From positions 196,165 through 260,164 of the forward strand of contig NIVC01001610.1 in assembly GCA_002269645.1 (NCBI GenBank): 64,000 nt of DNA, written 5' to 3'. This document shows, piece after piece, positions 11,585 to 23,327 of this stretch (its first letter is position 1; each line of letters begins with the position of its first letter). Origin of the DNA: Macrostomum lignano (Eukaryota). Both the position numbers and the translations under genes were made by a program. The notes beneath the pieces were generated by a model. That model was not told the DNA's origin. It searched no databases and saw only the letters and a program-made list of their open reading frames with translations.

Positions 11585-14225
11585 ACAGACAGATCTATTC
11601 CCATATTAGAGATAGATCTATTCCCATATCAGAGACAAATCTATTCCCATATTAGAGACAGATCTATTCCCATATCAGAGACAGACCTATGCCCATATCA
11701 GAGACAGACCTATTCCCATATCAGAGACAGATCTATTCCCATATCAGAGACAGATCTATTCCCATATCAGAGACAGACCTATGCCCATATTAGAGATAAA
11801 TCTATTCCCATATCGGAGTCAGATCTATTCCCATATCAGAGACAGACCTATGCCCATATCAGAGACAGATCTATTCCCATATCAGAGACAGACCTATGCC
11901 CATATTAGAGATAGATCTATTCCCATATCAGAGACAGATCTATTCCCATATCAGAGACAGATCTATTCCCATATCAGAGACAGATCTATTCCCATATCAG
12001 AGACAGATCTATTCCCATATCAGAGACAGACCTATGCCCATATCAGAGACAGATCTATTCCCATATCAGAGACAGATCTATTCCCATATCAGAGACAGAC
12101 CTATGCCCATATTAGAGACAGATCTACTCCCACATTGAGAGATAGATCTACTCCCACATTGAGAGATAGATCTACTCCCACATTGAGAGACAGATCTACT
12201 TCCACATTAGAGACAGATTTACTCCCATATCAGAGACAGATCTATTCCCATATTAGAGACAGATCTACTTCCACATTAGAGACAGATTTACTCCCATATC
12301 AGGGACAGATCTATTCCCATATTAGAGACAGATCTACTTCCACATTAGAGACAGATTTACTCCCATATCAGAGACAGATCTATTCCCATATCAGAGACAG
12401 ATCTATTCCCATATCAGAGACAGATCTACTCCCACATTGAGAGACAGATCTACTCCCACATTGAGAGACAGATCTACTCCCACATTGAGAGACAGATCTA
12501 CTCCCACATTGAGAGACAGATCTACTCCCACATTAAGAGACAGATCTACTCCCACATTGAGAGACAGATCTATTCCCATATTAGAGACAGATCTACTCCC
12601 ACATTGAGAGACAGATTTACTCCCATATGAGAGACAGATCTATTCCCATATGAGAGACAGATCTACTCCCACATTGAGAGACAGATTTACTCCCATATGA
12701 GAGACAGATCTATTCCCATATTAGAGACAGATCTACTCCCACATTGAGAGACAGATCCATTCCCATATTAGAGACAGATCTACTCCCACATTGAGAGACA
12801 GATTTACTCCCATATCAGAGACAGATCTATTCCCATATTAGAGACAGATCTACTTCCACGTTAGAGACAGATTTACTCCCATATCAGAGACAGATCTATT
12901 CCCATATTAGAGACAGATCTACTTCCACATTAGAGACAGATTTACTCCCATATCAGAGACAGATCTATTCCCATATCAGAGACAGATCTATTCCCATATC
13001 AGAGACAGATCTACTCCCACATTGAGAGACAGATCTACTCCCACATTGAGAGACAGATCTACTCCCACATTGAGAGACAGATCTACTCCCACATTGAGAG
13101 ACAGATCTACTCCCACATTAAGAGACAGATCTACTCCCACATTGAGAGACAGATCTATTCCCATATTAGAGACAGATCTACTCCCACATTGAGAGACAGA
13201 TTTACTCCCATATGAGAGACAGATCTATTCCCATATGAGAGACAGATCTACTCCCACATTGAGAGACAGATTTACTCCCATATGAGAGACAGATCTATTC
13301 CCATATTAGAGACAGATCTACTCCCACATTGAGAGACAGATCCATTCCCATATTAGAGACAGATCTACTCCCACATTGAGAGACAGATTTACTCCCATAT
13401 CAGAGACAGATCTATTCCCATATTAGAGACAGATCTACTTCCACGTTAGAGACAGATTTACTCCCATATCAGAGACAGATCTATTCCCATATTAGAGACA
13501 GATCTACTTCCACATTAGAGACAGATTTACTCCCATATCAGAGACAGATCTATTCCCATATTAGAGACAGATCTATTTCCATATCAGAGACAGACCTATG
13601 CCCATATTAGAGACAGATCTATTCCCATATCAGAGACAGATCTATTCCCATATTAGAGACAGATCTACTTCCACATTAGAGACAGATTTACTCCCATATC
13701 AGAGACAGATCTATTCCCATATTAGAGACAGATCTATTTCCATATCAGAGACAGACCTATGCCCATATTAGAGACAGATCTATTCCCATATCAGAGACAG
13801 ATCTATTCCCATATTAGAGACAGATCTATTTCCATATCAGAGACAGACCTATGCCCATATTAGAGACAGATCTATTCCCATATCAGAGACAGATCTATTC
13901 CCATATTAGAGACAGATCTACTTCCACATTAGAGACAGATTTACTCCCATATCAGAGACAGATCTATTCCCATATCAGAGACAGATCTATTCCCATATTA
14001 GAGACAGATCTACTTCCACATTAGAGACAGATTTACTCCCATATCAGGGACAGATCTATTCCCATATTAGAGACAGATCTATTTCCATATCAGAGACAGA
14101 CCTATGCCCATATTAGAGACAGATCTATTCCCATATCAGAGACAGATCTATTCCCATATTAGAGACAGATCTACTTCCACATTAGAGACAGATTTACTCC
14201 CATATCAGGGACAGATCTACTCCCA
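11585..14225. repeat. 23/24-bp minisatellite with higher-order blocks
   Basis: Units GATCTATTCCCATATCAGAGACA and GATCTACTCCCACATTGAGAGACA. Confidence 0.95.
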
Positions 14226-15164
14226 TATTTGACAATTTTCCCCATACTCTAAATTGGTAAATTGGTTAATCAACCTACTAATATATTTAGTGTTTTACAT
14301 GCAATTTTATTTATCTATTTGTACAATGGCCAGTTACTATTAGTAGTTTACGCTTCATTGTTAATCACCAGGTAAAAAACCGTTTATTTGTCACTTATTT
14401 ACCCTGTCAGGACATGTTTTCATCCAGCTGGCACCGATTTTTACCTGTGTCAATTTGTCCATTTCACTGTCTGGCAATTTTTTGTAATTTTTCGAATTCT
14501 ATTCTATCATCAGCTTGTTGCTCGCTCGCTTGACCAACGAACTATAGTTGCTAAGCTAATCCGCATTCCAATAACTTTATGTGCCTGTAAGAATGACATT
14601 GAAGAGATTTCCCATATCTTCTGAAGAGATTGATTAGATCGTTTTTTTCATATCGGAATCTCTCAAATGTTAAAGAGCGAAATTTTACATCTGTTGGCAA
14701 CCGACGTCTCTCTAGTTGCAGTGAATTAAGTTTGTATACATGTATTAGTGGCGTTATTATAATTATACTGCTACATTCTTATAACCTCTCTCTGCTTACT
14801 GCAGCACTTTATTTTTATTAGTATTTTGCTTTTTTGCTACTTTTATCCAAAATATAGCTAATTTGCCATCATGTAAATTTGTGTCTTTATAAAGCTTATA
14901 ATTTTTTTCGCTTCGTGTTTTTTCCTATCCCCACTTGATCCTGTTTTATTCCATAATAGAAAATTTCACTGCCTTCAGAATTATGCCTGCTTGCGTTTGG
15001 CTATTCAAAACTGCTGGCTAAATTAATATTGATGACAGTATGGAATTTTATCTGTCTGCTTGACTGTTGGGGCTAAATTTATAATGCTTCATTAGTATCA
15101 GTCAACTTGATGACGATTTCAGGTGTGACAAAACCGCCATCCCATATCTAAACCTTCGGGTCAC

Positions 15165-17430
15165 CACGAACATGTCCTCAAAGTCACCACCATATCCTCA
15201 AAGTCACCACCAAATCCTCAAAGTCACCACCATATCCTCAAAGTCAACCATATCCTTAAAATCAAAACCATATCCTTAAAATCAAAACCATATCCTTAAA
15301 ATCAAAACCATATCCTCAAAGTCAACCATATCCTCAAGTCACCACCATTTCCTCAAAGTCACCACCATTTCCTCAAAGTCACCACCATTTTCTCAAAGTC
15401 ACCACCATTTCCTCAAAGTCAACCATATCCTCAAGTCACCACCATTTCCTCAAAGTCACCACCATATCCTCAAAGTCACCACCATTTCCTCAAAGTCACC
15501 ACCATTTCCTCAAAGTCAAACATATCCTCAAACTCACAACTATATTCTCAAAGTCACAGCCATATCCTCAAAGTCACAGCCATATCCTCAAAGTCACAGC
15601 CATATCCTCAAAGTCACAACCATATCCGCAAAGTCACAACAGTATCAAAGTCACAGCCATATCCGCAAAGTCACAACAGTATCAAAGTCACAACCATATC
15701 CGCAAAGTCACAACAGTATCAAAGTCACAGCCATATCCGCAAAGTCACAACAGTATCAAAGTCACAGCCATATCCTCAAAGTCACAGCCATATCCGCAAA
15801 GTCACAGCCATATCCTCAAAGTCACAACCATATCCGCAAAGTCACAACAGTATCAAAGTCACAACAGTATCAAAGTCACAACAGTATCAAATTCACAACA
15901 GTATCAAAGTCACAACAGTATCAAAGTCATAGCCATATCCTCAAAGTCACAACAGTACCAAAGTCATAGCCATATCCTCAAAGTCACAACAGTATCAAAG
16001 TCATAGCCATATCCTCAAAGTCACAACAGTATCAAAGTCATAGCCATATCCTCAAAGTCACAACAGTATCAAAGTCACAGCCATATCCTCAAAGTCACAA
16101 CAGTATCAAAGTCATAGCCATATCCGCAAAGTCACAGCCTTATCCTCAAAGTCACAACAGTATCAAAGTCACAGCCATATCCTCAAAGTCACAGCCATAT
16201 CCTCAAAGTCACAACAGTATCAAAGTCATAGCCATATCCGCAAAGTCACAGCCTTATCCTCAAAGTCACAACAGTATCAAAGTCACAGCCATATCCTCAA
16301 AGTCACAACAGTATCAAAGTCATAGCCATATCCGCAAAGTCACAGCCTTATCCTCAAAGTCACAACAGTATCAAAGTCATAGCCATATCCGCAAAGTCAC
16401 AGCCTTATCCTCAAAGTCACAACAGTATCAAAGTCATAGCCATATCCGCAAAGTCACAGCCATATCCGCAAAGTCACAGCCTTATCCTCAAAGTCACAAC
16501 AGTATCAAAGTCATAGCCATATCCGCAAAGTCACAGCCTTATCCTCAAAGTCACAACAGTATCAAAGTCATAGCCATATCCGCAAAGTCACAGCCATATC
16601 CGCAAAGTCACAGCCTTATCCTCAAAGTCACAACAGTATCAAAGTCATAGCCATATCCGCAAAGTCACAGCCATATCCGCAAAGTCACAGCCTTATCCTC
16701 AAAGTCACAGCCATATCCGCAAAGTCACAGCCTTATCCTCAAAGTCACAACAGTATCAAAGTCATAGCCATATCCGCAAAGTCACAGCCATATCCGCAAA
16801 GTCACAGCCTTATCCTCAAAGTCACAACAGTATCAAAGTCATAGCCATATCCGCAAAGTCACAGCCTTATCCTCAAAGTCACAACAGTATCAAAGTCACA
16901 GCCATATCCGCAAAGTCACAGCCTTATCCTCAAAGTCACAACAGTATCAAAGTCATAGCCATATCCGCAAAGTCACAGCCATATCCGCAAAGTCACAGCC
17001 TTATCCTCAAAGTCACAACAGTATCAAAGTCACAGCCATATCCGCAAAGTCACAGCCTTATCCTCAAAGTCACAACAGTATCAAAGTCATAGCCATATCC
17101 GCAAAGTCACAGCCATATCCTCAAAGTCACAACAGTATCAAAGTCACAGCCATATCCGCAAAGTCACAGCCATATCCTCAAAGTCACAACAGTATCAAAG
17201 TCATAGCCATATCCGCAAAGTCACAGCCATATCCTCAAAGTCACAGCCATATCCGCAAAGTCACAGCCTTATCCTCAAAGTCACAACAGTATCAAAGTCA
17301 TAGCCATATCCGCAAAGTCACAGCCATATCCGCAAAGTCACAGCCATATCCTCAAAGTCACAACAGTATCAAAGTCACAGCCATATCCTCAAAGTCACAG
17401 CAGTATCAAAGTCATAGCCATATCCGCAAA
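15165..17430. repeat. Composite 17-20-bp minisatellite
   Basis: Interleaved units CCATATCC(T/G)CAAAGTCACAG and ACAACAGTATCAAAGTC. Confidence 0.95.
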
Positions 17431-20400
17431 GTCACAGCCATATTCGCAAAGAATTTATAAAAGAGAACACCATAATTTGTATTTGTTTCGAGCCAGACTA
17501 AGCTACGAAAACTTGGATGCAAACGGCGTATTGTTAAAGTTGAATACGAAATTAGAGTAGCCGCAATGGGAAGGAAACGGTCAATACGATGCAGCTTTAA
17601 CTCAGTCTGGGAATTAATTGTTAAGCTGCATTCATATGAAGCCATTGGGACGTGTCGGTATTTGTAGGTGATTCGGTTATTTCGCAGGCAAAATGTCATA
17701 CTTTAATTATATTTGGGATAAGACTGCTCGGATTATTAAATATAGTGATTGCGTACCATTCAGTTTACCGTGCACTGAATGCGTCTGATTGCGTCTTTAT
17801 GAAGATTTTAGCTTCAATTTAAAACATCTTCAAAGCTAAAAAATGAGTAGGAGCGAGGGAAAAGACCTTGCACAGCGGAGGAACTAAAAAAATTAAGAGA
17901 TAAGTGCGCAAAACAAAAAACAGGTCACGTGTAATTACGTGTAACTATAACAAAGCAGGAAAGTTCGGCAAGCATGAATGTCTCGCGAAAAATCAGTAAA
18001 GGAATGAATCAAACTATAAACTATCTGCAAGCATTCTCACCAGCAAATGTTGCTTATATGTACAGCAGTTCGGATATATTGGATGTGCCCTTCTTATATT
18101 CCGTGGTTTTAGCTACGCTCGTAAATTCAATTCGTCCCTCAATCTTGCTGTCGCAGGTGTAAGTAAGATATATAGTTGTGCTTAAAAATACAGTCAGCGG
18201 GAAATAAGCAAATAAGAAGCATAGTAAATAATAACATTTTAAGAACTAAGAATGTTCCGACTATAATTAGCAAAATATTGTTAAAAAGCAGTAAGTAGCG
18301 GTATGGCAGTCCGGGATAAAAGTGGAATTAAAGATTTGATAAATGGTACGACTTGACTAGAAAATGAGCTGCTTCTTTAGGAGACAAATTTTCAGGCCTA
18401 AGTGAGTGCGCGCTTTTATAAATTAGTAACAAACAAAGCTGCAAAAACACCACCAAAAGCTGAAATGGGTTGCAGGAAACTATAAGCTATTATATGGAAC
18501 CGAGATACTCAAATCGTTGATACGGCCGAGACTCGACGGTCAGTCTTGGAGCAGATGAGGGCCGCCCAAAAATTTTCTGCAAGATTAAAATTTTTTTGGT
18601 GGGAAATCAGTTAGCTTAGATTGAACTTCATCAATTGCAGTGGCGAATTTTGAGCAGTGCATTTATAAGAACAACGGGAAATATTAGCTATATAGAAATT
18701 ATGAAACGATCACAATGTCAGAGTAATGCATGAAACCTAGCATTTCGATCATACAGAAAATACGTGCCGCTAAAATTTAACCACTCTTCGGTTGTGTACG
18801 AGAAAAACTCAAACCGAAACAATGAGAAAAGCCTGATACGATCTACTCGTATATTTCCCTCGGTTTAAATTTCTGTCCAGGTTTATTTTTAACGACTTGA
18901 TAACGACAGTATAGGCACAGAATATGTGCTGCCGTTGAGATTTACGACACCCACACAAAAGTAAAGCCTATGATGAGCGGCACAACAGCACTTTATTCAC
19001 ATCTATATATATGAAAAGTAAAATTGGACAATAGTTAATTAAAACTGATGCCATGCTTGCAATATGTTTACACGACAATGTTGTACACTGAATATGGTAC
19101 TCGTACATGTACATGACCTCGCACGAGTTTGATTGAAATTCCCTACACTGTAGCTCCCTACACTGTACACTGTAGCTACAGTGTACACATCCGATAAAAA
19201 TGGTGTTCTCAGGAACTTAAACTAGGACGGATACTGGCCAAAATAATGCAGAAAATTATTGGAGACTGGTTTTTTCTAGTGCTCCGTAGAAGTTATTATT
19301 GAATCTATATAGAAAGCTTGTAGATATATATAGAAAGCTTGTAGATATATATAGAAAGCTTGTTTTCTTCGCCATCCTGTACAGAATTTAAATAGTCCCT
19401 GGATGTTTTGATTATGTCAACCCCTTGCCAATTGAACTTTCAGGACAAGCCCTCTGTAAGATTTGTTGCTTTTAGGAACAATAAAAGTTGCTTTTAGGAG
19501 CAAGAAAGTTGCTTTTTGTACAGTGAGCTCCATTTAATCGATATTCTATAGTTTCTGTGGCTTTATTTCCAAGACCAGCTATATTCATAAAACTTTTAGC
19601 AATTTTTTGCAAAGCCTGCTGTAATTAAGTTCAGCCCTATGCTTTGATTTTCCATGTGAGGAAAATTTGCGTCAGTTTTACGTCTCTCCGCTATTCTCTC
19701 TTTCTTTATAATCGACGCTGTTTCGTTTTGTTGCTTAGTTTCTCCCCCTGATCCCTGCCCTAGCATAGGGATTAGGCAGTTGAGTTGGGAATTGGATAAT
19801 GGGAAGAAATTGTACGCAAAAATATTCTAAATGTACGTGTAATATTCTACAATAATATGAAAAACAGAAGAGACGTGAACAAAATATTTAGATACATGTT
19901 CAATTCACAAAAATACGACATTAAGGAAACATAATGGCTAATTAATCGTACAAAAATAAGCATAATGGTAGTTACCTATAGGAAATATACAGCTCATTCA
20001 ATTTTCTTGGCTTATTGATTTGTGCGATTCATTCCACCGATGCGCGGGTAAAGGTAGGGCGAGAAAGATATTCGCTGTATCATATAGAGATAAGCTAGAA
20101 AATAATATTTCCAGGTAACTAATTTGATAGCTGGGGCGAGCAATTGGCAGAATTAACTAAATATAATACACGGCGTTTGCCAAAGCAAGCCAACTCTGAA
20201 CTCAAAGCAGTTGTGAGTCATAGCAAATGTCTCATCTGATTAACAAACTGTTTAGTAGTAGTGTTCTAAATAATTTAATGAAAGAGGATTTTGTTGATAT
20301 GTACACTGATCGAGAAGTGTACAATCCAATCATTCGTTAACTTGGGAGCAAGCAGCCTCTCCAATCCAACCAAATGTATGTAATGAGGGATAGAGAAAAA

Positions 20401-21555
20401 AACTGGGCCACTGTTCAATAAATAATGTACAATCAGTCCAAGATAACCACAAATAAAATACTATAATAACTGCATATAGGCCACTTAGGTTATATTAGCT
20501 TGATAAAACAGTTTGTCTGTCTACTTTCAGTTCAGTAGCAAGGAAGAATGCGTAAGCTATTTTTTTATTTAAATTGACTTGCAGACGTAATGTACATTAG
20601 CCACTGAGAATGTACATCTAAAGATTGGTAAGGGCGAGGGGAGAGATTTGTTGCGGAAAGATGCGGTCGGAGGGGTTAACCTTGGGGGGAGGCTAAGACG
20701 GCAATATTTCATGTACATGCCAGCTTTAGGCGGAACTCCGCGACAAGGCAATAAAAATCGGTCAGAAGGGGGTGGGGTAGAGATTTTGTGCGGAAAGACA
20801 AGTTGGAGGGGTAAGCTTGGGAGAGAGGGGTAAGAGGGTCAATAAATGGAGTCTTGTATTTAAATATAATAATTATTTGCCTTGATTTTAATATATTCTA
20901 CTGATCTGAAAGTAGTTTATTGCGATATTTCTGTAAATTAAGGTAACTACGGATCATTACCTGACTTTTACTGCGCTTAATTTTTCATCTGTGTAAGCCA
21001 AAATGAGTGCCTTGTACACGCTTGATGCTAAATAATTTCCTAAATAATTTGTTGAAATTGTGATAAATAAAAACGGACTCCATTATCGCAGATCAGATCT
21101 GATATGAAAACACAAGAAAATGGCAGGTAAAAGTGTGTAAAAATCCGAGTAAAAGATATGCCTTGGTCTCCACGATCCACTGTCTTATGACTGCGCAGTG
21201 GATCAAAATGGCTTGATATATTCTTGCGAGTTTACAAAAGAGTTCGGCTTATTTTAAAAATGCTTGCGTGGGACGAAAACAAAATTGATTACATTGTTTG
21301 AAACATGGTACAGCTGCATTTCAAATATGGCGAGTTAATTTGATCAAAGCAAATTGTCACTATTCGAGGTAAAATATTCAAACGCTAGCAAGGCTCTGTG
21401 CGTAAAAAAAACAATTTAGAAAAAAAATAATTTTTGCCGAAAGGGATGCCAGGTTACACTCCGGAATGCAGCCCAAAGTTCACCTCTGTTACGAGTACAT
21501 AAAATAGACATTTGCAAGAGCTCTTTAGGCGTTCTAGCGCAACGCATTTGGAGCT

Positions 21556-21803
21556 TTCCGCTGACTCATGAGCACAACACAAGCGCGCCAATTCTGTACG
21601 CAGGCGCGCACTCATACACGCTCACACAGGGTGTACAACGACCCTGACTTCCTAATGGTCAGGCACGTACACTCTCTGTACCTTGGGGGTTGGTCCTCAG
21701 AGCTAGCTAGCTGTGAATCGCAACTCCCTGGCCAATTTTCGCGCACAAGCCCCAAATTACTGTGGAATGGAGTCGAACCAGGGGTCGTGGCCACTGACTC
21801 AGC
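21556..21803 (-). mobile_element. Dispersed repeat, copy A (SINE/MITE-like, Pol III B-box)
   Basis: Shares CCGCTGACTC, CACGCTCACACAGGGTGTAC, CACTCTCTGT.CCTTGGGG, GAATCGCA and AAGCCCCAA with 54305-54485 and, inverted, with 51680-51850. B-box GGTTCGACTCC on the - strand. Confidence 0.65.
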
Positions 21804-22146
21804 GACAGTGCGTGTTTAATTAATGGAAAAAGTTCGCAACAAACACCATGATGTGGCTGCAACACTAACGAATAAACCTAACAACAGTCGAAGAGCATAA
21901 TCATTGAATGCTAGACTGGACTTGAAAGTTCGGGTCGTATTCCTGAGCATAAGCTGGCATCCCCGTCTGTCAGGTCTGATTAGTTTGCCGTAGTGGGCCC
22001 GAATGCAATTTAAGAGCTTCACAGCATAATACTCATTAGCGATGGCTATTGACGAATACTTTAGCAGTGCAACGAAGAGTTGCCATGATCTCCTACTGCT
22101 CAGTAGAATGCGTCACTTACCTCCTCGCCGGGAAGCTGATCCCAGC

Positions 22147-22535
22147 TTAGTAGGGCCGGGCCTCGCCCTTGGGCCGCTTGAGCTGCACCTTGAGCCGCTT
22201 GGTGCCGATCTGGAAGCCGTTCATCGCCTGGATGGCCGCGGCAGCCGAGGCCGAGTTGTCGAAGCTGACGAAGCCGAAGCACTTACTCTGGTTGGTGGCC
22301 CGGTCCACGTACACCTTGGCCGAGATCACCGTGCCGAACGGGGCGAACATCTGGGCCAGTTCTGTGTCGCCGAACTCCTGCGGCAGATGGTAGATGAACA
22401 GGTTGCAGCCGTCGGGCCCGGTCAGGATGAACTCCTTAGAGCCGTCCTTGTGCTGCACCGGCATCGTGATGGCCTGCTGGGCCAGCGACATGAACGGGTT
22501 GTAGGCCGCGGCGGCCGGGGTCGGATAGGGGGCGG
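22147..22535 (-). CDS. CELF: CELF exon 8 (RRM3, stop)
   Basis: ccgcag|CC acceptor in phase 1; RRM3 motifs; TAA at 22147-22149. Confidence 0.9.
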
Positions 22536-23289
22536 CTGCGGCGGGCGGAGGGGATGGGCGGTTGAGCAGCGTGTCTTTTACATACATAAACTATTGACAT
22601 CTTTGTTCTGCTGACATTCTTGAAGGTACATTAGGCCGTGAATGATCACGAATCACGAATGAAGAGTCAGCAGTGCCCCCTTACTCCACGGTGCCCCTTA
22701 CTCTACAGTTCCCCCTTACTCCACGATGCCCCCTTACTCCCCGATGTCTCCTTACTCCACAGTGCCCCCTTACTCCACAGTGCCCCCTTACTCCACAGTG
22801 CCCCCTTACTCTCGACCTCCCGAGATGTTCCCTAAACTGATGCATCCCCGTTATTACAGTGCACCTCTACTTACTTCAATTCAGTAGTCTATCAAGTTCA
22901 TGCTTACTTAGTGAAAATAGTGAAATATTTTTCCAATCAGTCAGTAAAACAAGCAAAAGCACAACTGCCATCTCACCGATGCCGCTGTACGCATTCATAG
23001 ACGAGTACATCTGCTGCAGGGGATCCGCTGAAACCGCAAGCGTTAACAACAAACGTTACTAGAGAGCTCAAACTTGCTTTAATAATCATGGAGTGTGAAG
23101 CAGACACTAATTGCATTCTCACCGCCTGCCCCATTCAAATACGGAGTCGGGATGCCGCTGGCCGCGTACAGGGCAGCAGCCTCGGCCGCAGCAGCCGCGG
23201 CAGCCACCGAGTGACCGCCTCCGCCGCTAGCGCCGTTCATGGCGCCGCCGAGGCCGCCGCTGGCGCCGGTGCCTGTCGACAGCGAAAGG

Positions 23290-23327
<38 letters not shown>

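Noticed and set aside
14470-14660. Short minus-strand frame resembling a pogo/CENP-B helix-turn-helix (ISLATIVRW)
   Set aside because: 46 codons only, with no TIRs or DDE domain found.
22042-22614. 190-aa plus-strand ORF, and similar ORFs opposite RASEF, the TBATA-like gene and the GY gene
   Set aside because: Antisense shadows of GC-rich coding exons.
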